Shown here: positions 16,714-25,898 of the stretch, one piece after another
Layout of the letters: every line of letters begins with the position of its first letter
How positions within the stretch are numbered: the first letter of the stretch is position 1
Source of the DNA: a virus
Taxonomy: Duplodnaviria > Caudoviricetes
Virus record (IMG/VR): IMGVR_UViG_3300037308_000421
Span: 1 to 31,723 of that record
DNA: 31,723 bases
Reading direction: 5' to 3' (one strand)
The notes under the pieces: generated by a model
Database searches by the model: none
The model's input: only the letters and a program-made list of their open reading frames with translations
What the model was told of the DNA's origin: nothing
Program-made: the position numbers and the translations under genes

Positions 16714-17016
16714 CAGGGGTGGGGCTGGGAGACCCCGCCTGCGGCGGTCTCCCCCACCCCTGAAAGGGGTGGCTTTCAGCCCCTAAACTTGCCGGCCAGG
16801 ACAAGGCATTGTTGAGGCTGAGGAATTTGCAGTTTCGGGAGTTTCGGCCAGCACTCGCCGCCCAATCTGATTGCAGCGCAGCCGATCTGCTCGAAGCGCA
16901 ATTCCGAAGGGGCAGTTTGGGCATCGCGCCAAATCTGGTCTCGACGGGTTGGGGCGCAGTTCGGCGCGGGGATGACGGAGCAGTTTCGGGACCACGCCCC
17001 ATCTGGCTCAATCTGG
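16714..17016. repeat. Repeat/hairpin cluster, candidate replication origin
   Basis: GCAGTTTCGGG-type repeats at 16829, 16838, 16912, 16956, 16980; ATCTG at 16865, 16885, 16933, 17001, 17011; inverted repeats 16714-16762 and 16754-16772; directly downstream of the primase-helicase gene. Confidence 0.55.
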
Positions 17017-17055
17017 CCGGAGCGCAGGCCTGCGCGATAAGCGTCGCGAGGGCGA

Positions 17056-19344
17056 TCATGACGGTTCGCTCTCCGGATAGACCCAGACATGCGGGTTCTC
17101 GACCTCAAGCAACGCGCCGGTCTGGGGCGATTTGTAGTGGGTCGGCAGGACCGCGAGGGTGGCCGACAAGACTTCGCCGGTTTCGGGATCGATCGCTTCG
17201 CCGTCCGTCGGGATGACCATCGCTTCGACGCACAGAAAGCCGAAGCGTGACCGGGACGGACCGAAGCCGTAGGGCGCGCCATCGCGGACGAATTTCACGA
17301 AGCCCTTGGTGGCGAGCACGTTCAGGCGATCGCGGATCGTGTCCTTGCCGCCGAGCCCGCCGCGGTTCTCGAACGCCTCCGCGAACTGGTTGATGGTGTA
17401 GAGTCGGCCTGCCAGCGCTTCGTCGAGAAGAATGCCGAGGATGACATCGTGCTTGCGCACACGCTCGGCATCGAGACGCTCGCCCAGCGATCTGCGCACC
17501 AGCCGCTCGCCCGAACGGTCGACTTCCACCCAGCGTCCGTTGGTCTTGTCGATGATCTTCGGCTCGATGCCCGGCCCGTTGCGCAGCTCGAAGTGCAGCA
17601 TCCGCTCGGGACGTTCTTCGTCGGGCCGATGCATGATGATGCCGGAGGTATAGAAGCTGCGCAGGCTTCCAGCGCCCGAGAGCGCCATGAACGGATCCTC
17701 GGCCAACTGCTTCTTGGTGACCTTGCGGGTGTGATGGCAGAGGATCAGCCCGGCGTCCGGCGCCACTGAATCCCTGAATACCTCGACACGTTCCTGCAGG
17801 AAGAACAGCATCGCCGTGTTGTCGTTCTCTCCGCCGCCGTCCGGGCCACCGTCGAAGAGGTTGCGGATCGGATCGATGCAGAGAATGTCAGGTGCGCCAT
17901 GGCCGTAATGCGCCCGGGCGGCCGCCACGGCGCGCGAAACACCGCCCGCATCGAGCAGCATTCGGATCTTCGGCGTCGCGACCAGATTGTCGCGGGCGGC
18001 GGAGAGCAGCGCCGGGTCGAGGCGGATGCCCTGAAGCCGCTCGCGCAGATAGTGGTACTGGATTTCGGCCTGCAGATAGAAGATCCGCAACGGGCGGCAG
18101 GGCGCGAAGCCGAGGAACGGGATGCCGGCCGCCATGTGCACCAGCAGGCTGATCAGGAAGTCGCTCTTGCCGACCTTGGGCGCGCCGCCGAGAACCAGCA
18201 TTCCACCCGGCGTGAGCACGCGCGGCCCGATGATGTCGTCCGGCATCGGGCTCCTGTCATCGAGGAGCTTGCCGAGAGTGAAGGTCGGCAATGGCGACAT
18301 CGGCGAAACCGTCAGCCGTTCCAGCGGCGGCCCGTGCCGTTCTTCGTGCAGCCGCCACAGGCGCTGCGCCTCCGATGCCAGCCGCTCCAGCGGCCAGCTC
18401 GGGCGCAGCATCGCGGCGTTGTACTGGCAGATCGCCTCCCACGCCTCGTCGCGGCCCAGGCGTCCCTCATGGGCCAGCCGGATGAAATGGCCGATGGCAG
18501 CGCTCGCGCCCTGAAACCGGGTCCATGCGTCTTCGCTGCCTTCCCGAACCGGCGTTGTCAGAACATCGGCAATGGACGGCTTCGAGGTGGCTAGTCCCGG
18601 TTCCGATCCGATGCCGACGAGAGGCGGCATGGCGTCGACCCGTTCCGCGAGATCGCGCAGGTCCAACTCGACATGCGGATTGTGGCGACGGATGGTGACG
18701 AGCCGCTTGAAGCCGCCCTTGTGATAGATGGATCCCGCCAGACGGATCGGCTGATGCGCCGAACGAAAATGCGTGTCGCCGCCAACCTTGATCGCGATGT
18801 CACCACGCAACCGGCACAGCAGCGTGATGTCCTCGGCTTCAGCGGGCTCGGTCAGGCGCCACCACACATGCAACTTGTCGAGACCGCCTGGTGTGCGGCC
18901 ACCGCTCTCGACGATCAGGGTCGGCTCGCCGAGATGACGGATCAGGTGGTCGAGTTTGGCGGGGATGTCGCCAGCATCGAGATCGACCAGCACCGTTTGC
19001 ATCTGGCGTACGTCGGCGGACTTGGCCTTGCCGCTCTCGGCCACCGTTCCCGGCAACACATAGAAGGCAGCACCTTCGCGCGCCGCCCAACCTGCGAAAG
19101 CGATCGCCTTCTCCAGCAGGCCGGCGTCGGCTTCGATCCAGGCATTGTGCGGGCGACCGTCGATCCCCTGGCCTTTGTCGATGAAGCCGCGTAGCGGAAC
19201 CCAGCCGTCGCAATAGCCGAAGACGACGTCGAGAAAGACGGCGATCTGCTCACGATCCGGCTCGACGTCGAACGGATCGACCTGCGGCGTCGCATCGTTG
19301 AAGTCGCGCCAGGCGTCGAGAGAAACGACGTTGTGATCACTCAT
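17056..19344 (-). CDS. RepB-type AEP primase fused to RepA-like (AAA_25) helicase, 762 aa
   Basis: VDLD, VESGG...KLHVWW, PIRLAG primase motifs; Walker A GAPKVGKS, LCIDP, CHHTRK, LSGAG; ATG 19344 in an ATGA overlap. Confidence 0.88.
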   Translation of the reverse strand: MSDHNVVSLDAWRDFNDATPQVDPFDVEPDREQIAVFLDVVFGYCDGWVPLRGFIDKGQGIDGRPHNAWIEADAGLLEKAIAFAGWAAREGAAFYVLPGTVAESGKAKSADVRQMQTVLVDLDAGDIPAKLDHLIRHLGEPTLIVESGGRTPGGLDKLHVWWRLTEPAEAEDITLLCRLRGDIAIKVGGDTHFRSAHQPIRLAGSIYHKGGFKRLVTIRRHNPHVELDLRDLAERVDAMPPLVGIGSEPGLATSKPSIADVLTTPVREGSEDAWTRFQGASAAIGHFIRLAHEGRLGRDEAWEAICQYNAAMLRPSWPLERLASEAQRLWRLHEERHGPPLERLTVSPMSPLPTFTLGKLLDDRSPMPDDIIGPRVLTPGGMLVLGGAPKVGKSDFLISLLVHMAAGIPFLGFAPCRPLRIFYLQAEIQYHYLRERLQGIRLDPALLSAARDNLVATPKIRMLLDAGGVSRAVAAARAHYGHGAPDILCIDPIRNLFDGGPDGGGENDNTAMLFFLQERVEVFRDSVAPDAGLILCHHTRKVTKKQLAEDPFMALSGAGSLRSFYTSGIIMHRPDEERPERMLHFELRNGPGIEPKIIDKTNGRWVEVDRSGERLVRRSLGERLDAERVRKHDVILGILLDEALAGRLYTINQFAEAFENRGGLGGKDTIRDRLNVLATKGFVKFVRDGAPYGFGPSRSRFGFLCVEAMVIPTDGEAIDPETGEVLSATLAVLPTHYKSPQTGALLEVENPHVWVYPESEPS

Positions 19345-20108
19345 GTCGGCAGGCCCCAGCAGCGCTGGCTCCAAGGGCACATCCGGCATTCATGAAAGTC
19401 GCTCGTGGTCGCGATCCGGGGCAGCAGTTCGCCCGCGTCCGTCGCCTGCAGGATCCGAACGGCGCGATCACTCATCCGTTGGGCAAGGCCGGCATCGAAA
19501 GCCACGAGTTCGTGGTGCAGTTCGGCCGTGTCCTTGTTGATGGCGGTGAACAGCGCCGGATTGGAACAGATGCCGGAGACGCTCGCTTCCATGTAGGCCT
19601 GGTACAGGGCGATCTGCGCCGCATAGACCGGCTTGGCGATGACGACGCCCTTGGCAACGGTCTCTCGCCAGTTCCGGGCGTTCATGGTCTTGCATTCCCA
19701 GAGCGCAGGAACGGCAAAGCCCAGCTGGACAGGGGCTGCCGCGATGATCCCGTCGACATGACCGCGAACGCGGCCTCCGGCGATCGAGAAGCCAAACTGC
19801 TCCCCGTCCGCGCGATTACCCTTGCGGGTGTAGAGATCGAAGCCCGCGCCACGGATCCAGCGGATGGCCAGATCTTCAAGCGCATGGCCGATCTCGAAGA
19901 TCCGCAGCGTCTGGCCGTCGAAGTCGGAGCCTTCGTCCTTCGGCGCACCGGCGAATTCGAATTGCAACGCGCGCTCGCAAGGCTGCCCGAGCCGCGATCC
20001 ACCCAGATAAGTGCGGGGCGGCGTCACGGCGCGGGCGGCATCGAGGCTGTCGTCGATCAACCCGTTGATGCGTTCGGCGATCAGAGAGCGGTGATTGAAG
20101 TCCAGCAT
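19341..20108 (-). CDS. Cas4-like PD-(D/E)xK exonuclease
   Basis: GGSRLGQPCER, GH, GHVDG, WECKT, QIALY and terminal CRMC-x5-C (Fe-S type Cys set). Confidence 0.85.
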   Translation of the reverse strand: MLDFNHRSLIAERINGLIDDSLDAARAVTPPRTYLGGSRLGQPCERALQFEFAGAPKDEGSDFDGQTLRIFEIGHALEDLAIRWIRGAGFDLYTRKGNRADGEQFGFSIAGGRVRGHVDGIIAAAPVQLGFAVPALWECKTMNARNWRETVAKGVVIAKPVYAAQIALYQAYMEASVSGICSNPALFTAINKDTAELHHELVAFDAGLAQRMSDRAVRILQATDAGELLPRIATTSDFHECRMCPWSQRCWGLPT

Positions 20109-20566
20109 CAGAACGGAACCTCCGCATCCTCGCGCGTTCCGGCAGAGCCTTGGGCGATGGCACGCATGGCATCCTGAAATCCGCCGACGGCGGCTTCGAT
20201 CAGGGTTCGAACCTGAGCTTCGGAGAGCTCGGCGAGCCGCGTCTGCCAGCCGATCTCCTCCATGATCTCGGCAATCGGCTTCATGCTGGCGCGGATGGCC
20301 GCCTTTTCCTGTTCGGTGAGGTCAACCATGGCCCAGCGCTCCCGCGCCAAGCGCGTCCAGAAGCCCTGGCAGGCGATCGAGCAGAACCAGACCGAGGGGC
20401 GCGGCTGCCTCGGGCGCGTAGGCGACCGCTTCGATGATTTTGGCGGCGAAGCCGCCGGGCGCACCGGGTCGAACCAGCCAAAGCCACGGGTCGGACAACG
20501 ACACACGGCGCAGAGCGTCCCACGCGGATGCCAGAGGCGCAGACCGTCCGAGGATGTCATGTTCAT
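20108..20566 (-). CDS. Zn-finger + DUF6511-like hypothetical protein
   Basis: CAVC...FCSIAC followed by MVDLTEQEKAAI...IGWQTRLAEL...EVPF; GGAG RBS. Confidence 0.7.
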   Translation of the reverse strand: MNMTSSDGLRLWHPRGTLCAVCRCPTRGFGWFDPVRPAASPPKSSKRSPTRPRQPRPSVWFCSIACQGFWTRLARERWAMVDLTEQEKAAIRASMKPIAEIMEEIGWQTRLAELSEAQVRTLIEAAVGGFQDAMRAIAQGSAGTREDAEVPF

Positions 20567-20578
20567 GGGGGCGCTCCA

Positions 20579-22270
20579 TCATGCAGCCCTCCCGATCAGG
20601 TCAGCGGGAACGGTGTCCGCTGCGCCGAAGACGAGCGAGCGAATGGCGTTGCGGTTGAACCGGAACGCGAGGAGCACCGATGCCTGGTAGCGCGTGAGCC
20701 CGAAATCCTGCCGGTACTCGGGCGGGAGGAACGAGAGCTGCTTGTCGGTCGGCGGCTGGTTCAGCCACCGCCTTGTCTTGTGGGCGCTCTCGTCGCTCTC
20801 GTGCTCGTTCAGCCAGTCATCCGCTGCCGCAAGGCAGACCGTGCGTTCGCCCGCCGCCAGCAGATGGGGCCGCTGTTTCTGGACGCCGCCGATGCCGTAC
20901 CAGCGGCCATTGAGAAAGAAGACCCCGCCCCAGGCGTTGAAGCCGCTGGCGATGAGCGCGGCGTCGTCGCCGAAAAGATCGCACCACCGGAAACTAGACC
21001 GCTTCAGGAGGTCGATCTCCGACATCACGAATTCGCCGAGCGGTGTGGCCTCGCCGGTCTCATCCCGTTCCCAATGGTGGCCGCAAAGCGGACACTCGGT
21101 GGTGGCGAGCGGAACGACCGCGCCGCATTCGGGGCAGTCCTTCGTCGGCGCTTCGCCAGTGGACTCGCGGCCGTTCAGGTCGACATCCTGTTCGAGCGAT
21201 CCGTGAAGCAGCGTCGACGTGCCGAAATCGAGGACGATGCAATCGGTTTTCAGAACACCGGGATGTTCATCCAGCGAGACCGTGCGCAGTCCGCGGCCGA
21301 TCATCTGGATCATCGTCGACTTGTAGGAACTCGGCCTCAGGAGGACGACGCAGCTCGTGGGGGGATGATCCCAGCCTTCGGTCAGAACCGCTACATTGAC
21401 CACCACGCGAAGATCGCCTGCCGCGTAGGCCGCGAGCACGGATTTGCGCTCGGCATCCGGCATTTCGCCATGGACGAGCCCGGCAGGATTTCCCGCGCCA
21501 TTGAATGCGCGGGCCACATTGCGGGCATGGTCGACGGTGGAGCAGAACACGACCGTCTGGCGGTTTCCGGCCTTTTCCTGCCATTGCCGAATGACGGCGT
21601 CGGTCACCGGAGTCCGGTTCATGATCGCATCGACTTCGCTCATGTCGAAGTCGTCGGCGGTGCGCCGCACCTTGGTGAGCTGATCCTGGACACCGACGTC
21701 GATGACGAAGGTGCGCGGCGGCACGAGATGGCCGGAGGCGATCAGCTCGCCGATGCGGATCTGGTCCGCGACATTCGAGAAGACGGCGCGAAGGCCGCGC
21801 TTGTCACCCCGGTTGGGCGTGGCCGTGACCCCGTAGATCCGGCAGGCGGGATTGCTCTTCTGCGCCTGGTCAATGATCCGGCGATAGCTGTCGGCCGCCG
21901 CATGGTGCGCCTCGTCGATCACCAGAAGATCGAGCGTCGGCATCGCATCGAGATTACCGGTGCGCGCCAGTGTCGGAACCATTGCGAAGGTGACTTGCCC
22001 TTTCCAGGACTTCTCGCGAGAATCGACGACGGACGTGGCGAGGCCGGGCACGACGCGACGGAACTTTTCCCGGTTCTGGTCGGTGAGCTCGTCGCGATGG
22101 GCGAGGACGCAGGCCTTGGCATCGGGATCGGCGATCATGCGCCCCGCGACAGCCGAGAGCATGATCGTCTTGCCGGCCCCGGTCGGAGCCACGGCGAGCG
22201 TGTTTCCGTGTTGCGAAAGCGCGCTGACGCTCCGCTCGACAAACAGTTTCTGGCGGGGTCGCAGCAACAT
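20579..22270 (-). CDS. SF2 DEAD/DEAH-box helicase with Zn ribbon
   Basis: APTGAGKT, DEAHH, TATP, LTEGWD, QMIGRGLR, CPEC...CPLC. Confidence 0.93.
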   Translation of the reverse strand: MLLRPRQKLFVERSVSALSQHGNTLAVAPTGAGKTIMLSAVAGRMIADPDAKACVLAHRDELTDQNREKFRRVVPGLATSVVDSREKSWKGQVTFAMVPTLARTGNLDAMPTLDLLVIDEAHHAAADSYRRIIDQAQKSNPACRIYGVTATPNRGDKRGLRAVFSNVADQIRIGELIASGHLVPPRTFVIDVGVQDQLTKVRRTADDFDMSEVDAIMNRTPVTDAVIRQWQEKAGNRQTVVFCSTVDHARNVARAFNGAGNPAGLVHGEMPDAERKSVLAAYAAGDLRVVVNVAVLTEGWDHPPTSCVVLLRPSSYKSTMIQMIGRGLRTVSLDEHPGVLKTDCIVLDFGTSTLLHGSLEQDVDLNGRESTGEAPTKDCPECGAVVPLATTECPLCGHHWERDETGEATPLGEFVMSEIDLLKRSSFRWCDLFGDDAALIASGFNAWGGVFFLNGRWYGIGGVQKQRPHLLAAGERTVCLAAADDWLNEHESDESAHKTRRWLNQPPTDKQLSFLPPEYRQDFGLTRYQASVLLAFRFNRNAIRSLVFGAADTVPADLIGRAA

Positions 22271-22282
22271 GGGTAGCGGCCC

Positions 22283-22864
22283 TCACTGCGCCCAGGAGGG
22301 ACGGATGCCCGGCTGCGGCATCGAAGCCTGCGCGGGTTGCGGCTGCGGAGCCGGTGCCCTCGCTGTTGCACCCGCCAGCGGCGCGTACTCCTTGTGGTCC
22401 GGCGTGATGGCGGCGCGGATCTCGTTCTTCTCCTCGCCGTTGGTGTCGGTCCCGACATCGATGCGGGCCAAGAACTCCAGGCCGTCGAGATCGGCGAAGC
22501 CGCTGATGCGACGCGCCGCCTGCGCCTGCGCCGAGGTATCCTTGTCGGAGATGCCGCGAGCGGAATTCAACATGCCGCGGATCAGGCTGCGGCCCATGTT
22601 GGCCCAGTCGGGACCCTTCGGGCTGTAGAGCCCGATCAGCGTGAAGATCTTGCGCCGCGCATAGGGTCCTTCGAGCACGGTAAACTCGCCAGACAGGTAG
22701 ACCGAACCGGTCGTGCCACGCGTCGCATAGCCTCCGGTCCAGCCCTGAGCCGGATCGTCGAAGCCGCCCGGACGGATGGTGAGGCGCACCTTGGCAAGCG
22801 TGCCCTTCGGAATGATGTTGCTGTTCTGCTTGGCGTCGTTGAAGTCGTTCCAGGATCCAGACAT
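22283..22864 (-). CDS. Putative single-stranded DNA-binding protein (DUF669-like)
   Basis: IPKGT..., EFTVLEGPYARRKIF, KNEI, Pro/Gln-rich tail ending PSWAQ; follows the Sak4-like gene. Confidence 0.65.
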   Translation of the reverse strand: MSGSWNDFNDAKQNSNIIPKGTLAKVRLTIRPGGFDDPAQGWTGGYATRGTTGSVYLSGEFTVLEGPYARRKIFTLIGLYSPKGPDWANMGRSLIRGMLNSARGISDKDTSAQAQAARRISGFADLDGLEFLARIDVGTDTNGEEKNEIRAAITPDHKEYAPLAGATARAPAPQPQPAQASMPQPGIRPSWAQ

Positions 22865-22880
22865 GACTGGTTGCTCCTCT

Positions 22881-23759
22881 TCAGGCGTTTTCGGGATGGG
22901 TGATGTCAGTGGTGGGGTTCGCGGCGTCCGGCCGGCTGAACGCCAGGCGCTCGGCGGCGGGCTTCACGGGGCCGCGGATCTTCGTCATCAGCCGACCGAG
23001 ATGCGGCTCTTCGACGGGCGAAAGACGCCCTGACCGGTCCTTGGCGGGAAAGCCCCACGGATTGATCGTGTGGCAGACGAAGGCGCGATAGGGCGTGCCC
23101 GCGTCGTCCTTGATCTCTGCCATCGTCAGCACTTCATCGACGATGCCAGGCAGTTCGAGACCGGTCTTCGATCCGTCGATCTGCGGCTGGAAGATGCGCC
23201 GGTTGAAGTCGTCCAACTTCTCGTCGAGGATGCCGACGAACCAGACGTTCTTCGCCCGTGTGTGCTGGAGATGGGTAAGCCACGCGATCATCTCGCGACC
23301 GTGCAGGCCGTAAGCGCCGCGAATGTCGGGCTTACCTGTCTTCTCGGAGAAGGCGTCGGGCTGGCCCTTGCACCACTGGAAGCACAGACGGCCGGCAACC
23401 GTGATGGAGTCGATGAAGACCGTCCGGTAGCGATCCATGACGCCGGGATCGCCGAAGCGCTCACTGACCGCCGCGAAATGCGCGGGGCTGTAGGCTTGGT
23501 CGTCGCGCAGAGCCGGGTTCGGCCCGCCGATGAACACGGCGAAGTCGCGGCACTCCGGCCAGGTGCGCGGCCGCACCGTGTCGCCGGGCCATCCTTCGAT
23601 GGCGAGGTCGCCCGCCTCGAGGTCCATGAACAGCGTCGTCTCGGCATCGAGCGTCCAGAGCAGGCTGGTTTTTCCGATGCCGGACTTGCCGAAGATCGTG
23701 CCCTTGATGCCGCGAGGTTCCGCGAGCCGCTGGTCGGCGGTGATGATGGGGAGCGCCAT
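22881..23759 (-). CDS. Sak4-like (AAA_24) ATPase / ssDNA-annealing recombinase
   Basis: GKSGIGKT, DLEAG, VFIDSIT, AKDRSG. Confidence 0.85.
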   Translation of the reverse strand: MALPIITADQRLAEPRGIKGTIFGKSGIGKTSLLWTLDAETTLFMDLEAGDLAIEGWPGDTVRPRTWPECRDFAVFIGGPNPALRDDQAYSPAHFAAVSERFGDPGVMDRYRTVFIDSITVAGRLCFQWCKGQPDAFSEKTGKPDIRGAYGLHGREMIAWLTHLQHTRAKNVWFVGILDEKLDDFNRRIFQPQIDGSKTGLELPGIVDEVLTMAEIKDDAGTPYRAFVCHTINPWGFPAKDRSGRLSPVEEPHLGRLMTKIRGPVKPAAERLAFSRPDAANPTTDITHPENA

Positions 23760-23761
23760 GG

Positions 23762-24085
23762 TCAGCGCTCCGTCTTGGCGCGGGCCGCAGCTTCGACGGC
23801 ACGGTGCGCGCCGAGAGCGCCGGCATCGCGCGCGATCTGGCTGAGTTTGCGCAGGGCGTACATCTGATCGATGAGGGCGCTGGACGCCGCCTCCAATCCG
23901 CGCAGCGCGAAGGCGATGTCGTCGATCGTCGCCTCGGTGATCGACTTGGCGTCGGTCTCGCCGCGCTCCGGCGTTGCCGGGATCCGGATCGTCTCGGGCA
24001 ACGAGGCGAGGCTGTAATGCGCCTTCTTCAGCGCTTCGAGCGCAGTCAGAGGGGTTTCGGGTTTGGATTTGCCGAACGGGAACAT
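23762..24085 (-). CDS. Hypothetical protein, 107 aa
   Basis: ATG 24085 after AAAGGA; MFPFGKSK...ATIDDIAFA; fills the operon gap. Confidence 0.7.
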   Translation of the reverse strand: MFPFGKSKPETPLTALEALKKAHYSLASLPETIRIPATPERGETDAKSITEATIDDIAFALRGLEAASSALIDQMYALRKLSQIARDAGALGAHRAVEAAARAKTER

Positions 24086-24096
24086 GGGTGATCCTT

Positions 24097-24570
24097 TCAG
24101 TCGCGGAGAAGTCGGAATGTCTGCTTGCCGGTCTTCAGCGTGCGGGCCGGGGTGAAGGCGCGACGGATCGACTCCGGCCATGCGCCATAGGCGCGCTCGG
24201 AGACGCCGAACGTGATCTCGACATAGTCGGTGGGGTTCTCGCCCCCGGCGCGGATGGTCTCGACGAGCGCTGCGAGCTTCGCCTGATCCCACTCGACCTT
24301 CTTGGGCAGATCGGCGACGACCGTCACCGCGCCGTCGGCAAAACGGACCGTCCCGGTATCCTTCGCCATGGCGATCCGCGCCTGCGACGCGCGCTCGCCG
24401 TAGCGGTGCCCGATGGCGCCATCGAGCCAGTCCTTGAGGGTCTTGGCGGCCTTGAGCGCGGCGTCGGCTTCTTCATGGAGGAGTGCCAGCTGCTCGGCAG
24501 GCAACGCGACGATGTCGCCGATCGGCATCTGCCGGAGCGCGTCGAGGGTGATGTGGTTGGGGATCGTCAT
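24097..24570 (-). CDS. Conserved phage hypothetical protein, 157 aa
   Basis: ATG 24570 after GAGGG; helical N-half, DLPKKVEWDQ, ARTLKTGKQTF. Confidence 0.75.
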   Translation of the reverse strand: MTIPNHITLDALRQMPIGDIVALPAEQLALLHEEADAALKAAKTLKDWLDGAIGHRYGERASQARIAMAKDTGTVRFADGAVTVVADLPKKVEWDQAKLAALVETIRAGGENPTDYVEITFGVSERAYGAWPESIRRAFTPARTLKTGKQTFRLLRD

Positions 24571-24578
24571 CGCCGCCC

Positions 24579-24788
24579 TCACGCCGACTTGAGGGCAGGC
24601 TTGTCGGCGGTGCTCTTGCAGAGCTGGACCGCCTCGAATTCTTCGATGTCTTCCAGCCGGTAGACCACCCGGCCGCCGATCTTGATGAAGCGGGGACCTT
24701 CCCCGGACCACCGCCAACGCTCAAGCGTGCGGTGACTGATGTTCCAGCGAGCCGCGAGCTCGATCTGGTTCAGATGCCTGACAGTCAT
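24579..24788 (-). CDS. AlpA/excisionase-like winged HTH protein, 69 aa
   Basis: AAGGAG RBS; LNQIELAARWNISHRTLERWR..GEGPRFIKIGGRVVYRLEDI. Confidence 0.88.
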   Translation of the reverse strand: MTVRHLNQIELAARWNISHRTLERWRWSGEGPRFIKIGGRVVYRLEDIEEFEAVQLCKSTADKPALKSA

Positions 24789-24843
24789 TTTCGTCTCCTT
24801 GGGTTCGTGTCGAAAACCTGCGGAGAGAATGGCTTTGCCGTGC

Positions 24844-24883
24844 GGAGGAGCCGGGGAGGAGAAAGGGAGGAGCCAGCGGAGGA
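24844..24883. promoter_or_regulatory. Four helically phased GGAGGA(G) direct repeats upstream of the early operon
   Basis: Copies start at 24844, 24855, 24866, 24878 (spacing 11, 11, 12). Confidence 0.6.
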
Positions 24884-24907
24884 ATCGCAAATCCGTGCGC
24901 TGAAATG

Positions 24908-24929
24908 AAAAAACCGCCCGAAGGCGGTT
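24908..24929 (-). terminator. Intrinsic terminator
   Basis: Minus strand AACCGCC-TTCG-GGCGGTT-TTTT, just after the stop at 24951. Confidence 0.85.
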
Positions 24930-24950
24930 GAGCGATGGCTCAGATGGGAA

Positions 24951-25898
24951 TCAGACGTCGATCCAGCATCGACCGCGTTCCTCCCTGATGAACTCTCGCC
25001 ATTCGGCGCGCCCCTTGAAGGCTTTGCCGAGTGTCCGGACCTGGTCGCCAGAATTGGCGGCTTCCAATACCGCAGCTGTCAGGCATTCGCGTTCGCCCCG
25101 CTGCCATGCCTCGAAGAGGTGTCGAATGATGGCGCGCTGCTTCGTGCCGGTGAACGCGTAGCTCTTGCCCCTGACCGTGATCGAAGCTCCATCCGCAGCC
25201 ATGGTCACGGGCTGGCCGTCGTCGCGCCCATGCGCCAGGCGCGCGGCAAGAATCTGCGGATCGATCCGGAAGCCATCGATTGCATCAATGACGGATTGAA
25301 CCGCGATGATTTCGTGCCCGCTGACATAGGTCTTTGGAAGCTTCGCCTCGGCTGTCAGCGACAGCACAATGCGCAATCCCGGTGATGGACGCTGCTGGAA
25401 CTGCTGAAGAAGCAAGGCCCATGTCGCCGGGTCTGAAAGGCGGCGACCGATCCAGACCGGCACACGGGCCGAGCGCCCCGGCAAACGGGCGCCTCCAACC
25501 TCCCAGAGCAAACCGGGCAGCAGCTGCACTGGACGGGAGACCAACGGGCAGTCGAGCCCATCAAGCAGCTTCGGCAGAAGGGTCTCAAAACTAAGGGTAA
25601 AGACCGATTGATCGTCCGGCGATGCCGTCACCCATCCCGCCTGCGGGCTGAAATAGCCGAAGGAACGACCGTCAGGTGAGCGCGCAAGGGCGACCGGCGT
25701 ATCCTCATGGTCGGCCAAGGACGTCGCCGCCGCCTCATCGCCCACCCGGGTCAGCACGCCGAGCGCCTGAAGCTGCGCGCCGGCTGCCGGGTAGTAGTTC
25801 GACAAAGCCGCGGAGGTGATGCGCGCATCACGGGTCTGGGCGACCGCGCAGATAAGGGCCAGCGCGTCGTGATCAGAACTTCGGAGAGAGCGCGTCAT
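24951..25898 (-). CDS. Hypothetical protein with C-terminal winged-helix-like domain, 315 aa
   Basis: ATG 25898; C-terminus ITVRGKSYAFTGTKQRAIIRHLFEAW...LTAAVLEAA...WREFIREERGRCWI resembles OmpR-type wHTH topology (inference). Confidence 0.7.
   Translation of the reverse strand: MTRSLRSSDHDALALICAVAQTRDARITSAALSNYYPAAGAQLQALGVLTRVGDEAAATSLADHEDTPVALARSPDGRSFGYFSPQAGWVTASPDDQSVFTLSFETLLPKLLDGLDCPLVSRPVQLLPGLLWEVGGARLPGRSARVPVWIGRRLSDPATWALLLQQFQQRPSPGLRIVLSLTAEAKLPKTYVSGHEIIAVQSVIDAIDGFRIDPQILAARLAHGRDDGQPVTMAADGASITVRGKSYAFTGTKQRAIIRHLFEAWQRGERECLTAAVLEAANSGDQVRTLGKAFKGRAEWREFIREERGRCWIDV

Noticed and set aside
19341-20108. Cas4-like nuclease suggesting CRISPR-Cas
   Set aside because: No array or other cas genes seen; stand-alone Cas4-like nucleases are ordinary in phage recombination modules.
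20528-22276. Long + strand ORFs (also 5465-6991, 8890-9813, 9847-10956, 12841-13731, 13634-15127, 25978-27054)
   Set aside because: Antisense shadows of well-supported genes, expected in GC-rich DNA; no recognisable motifs.
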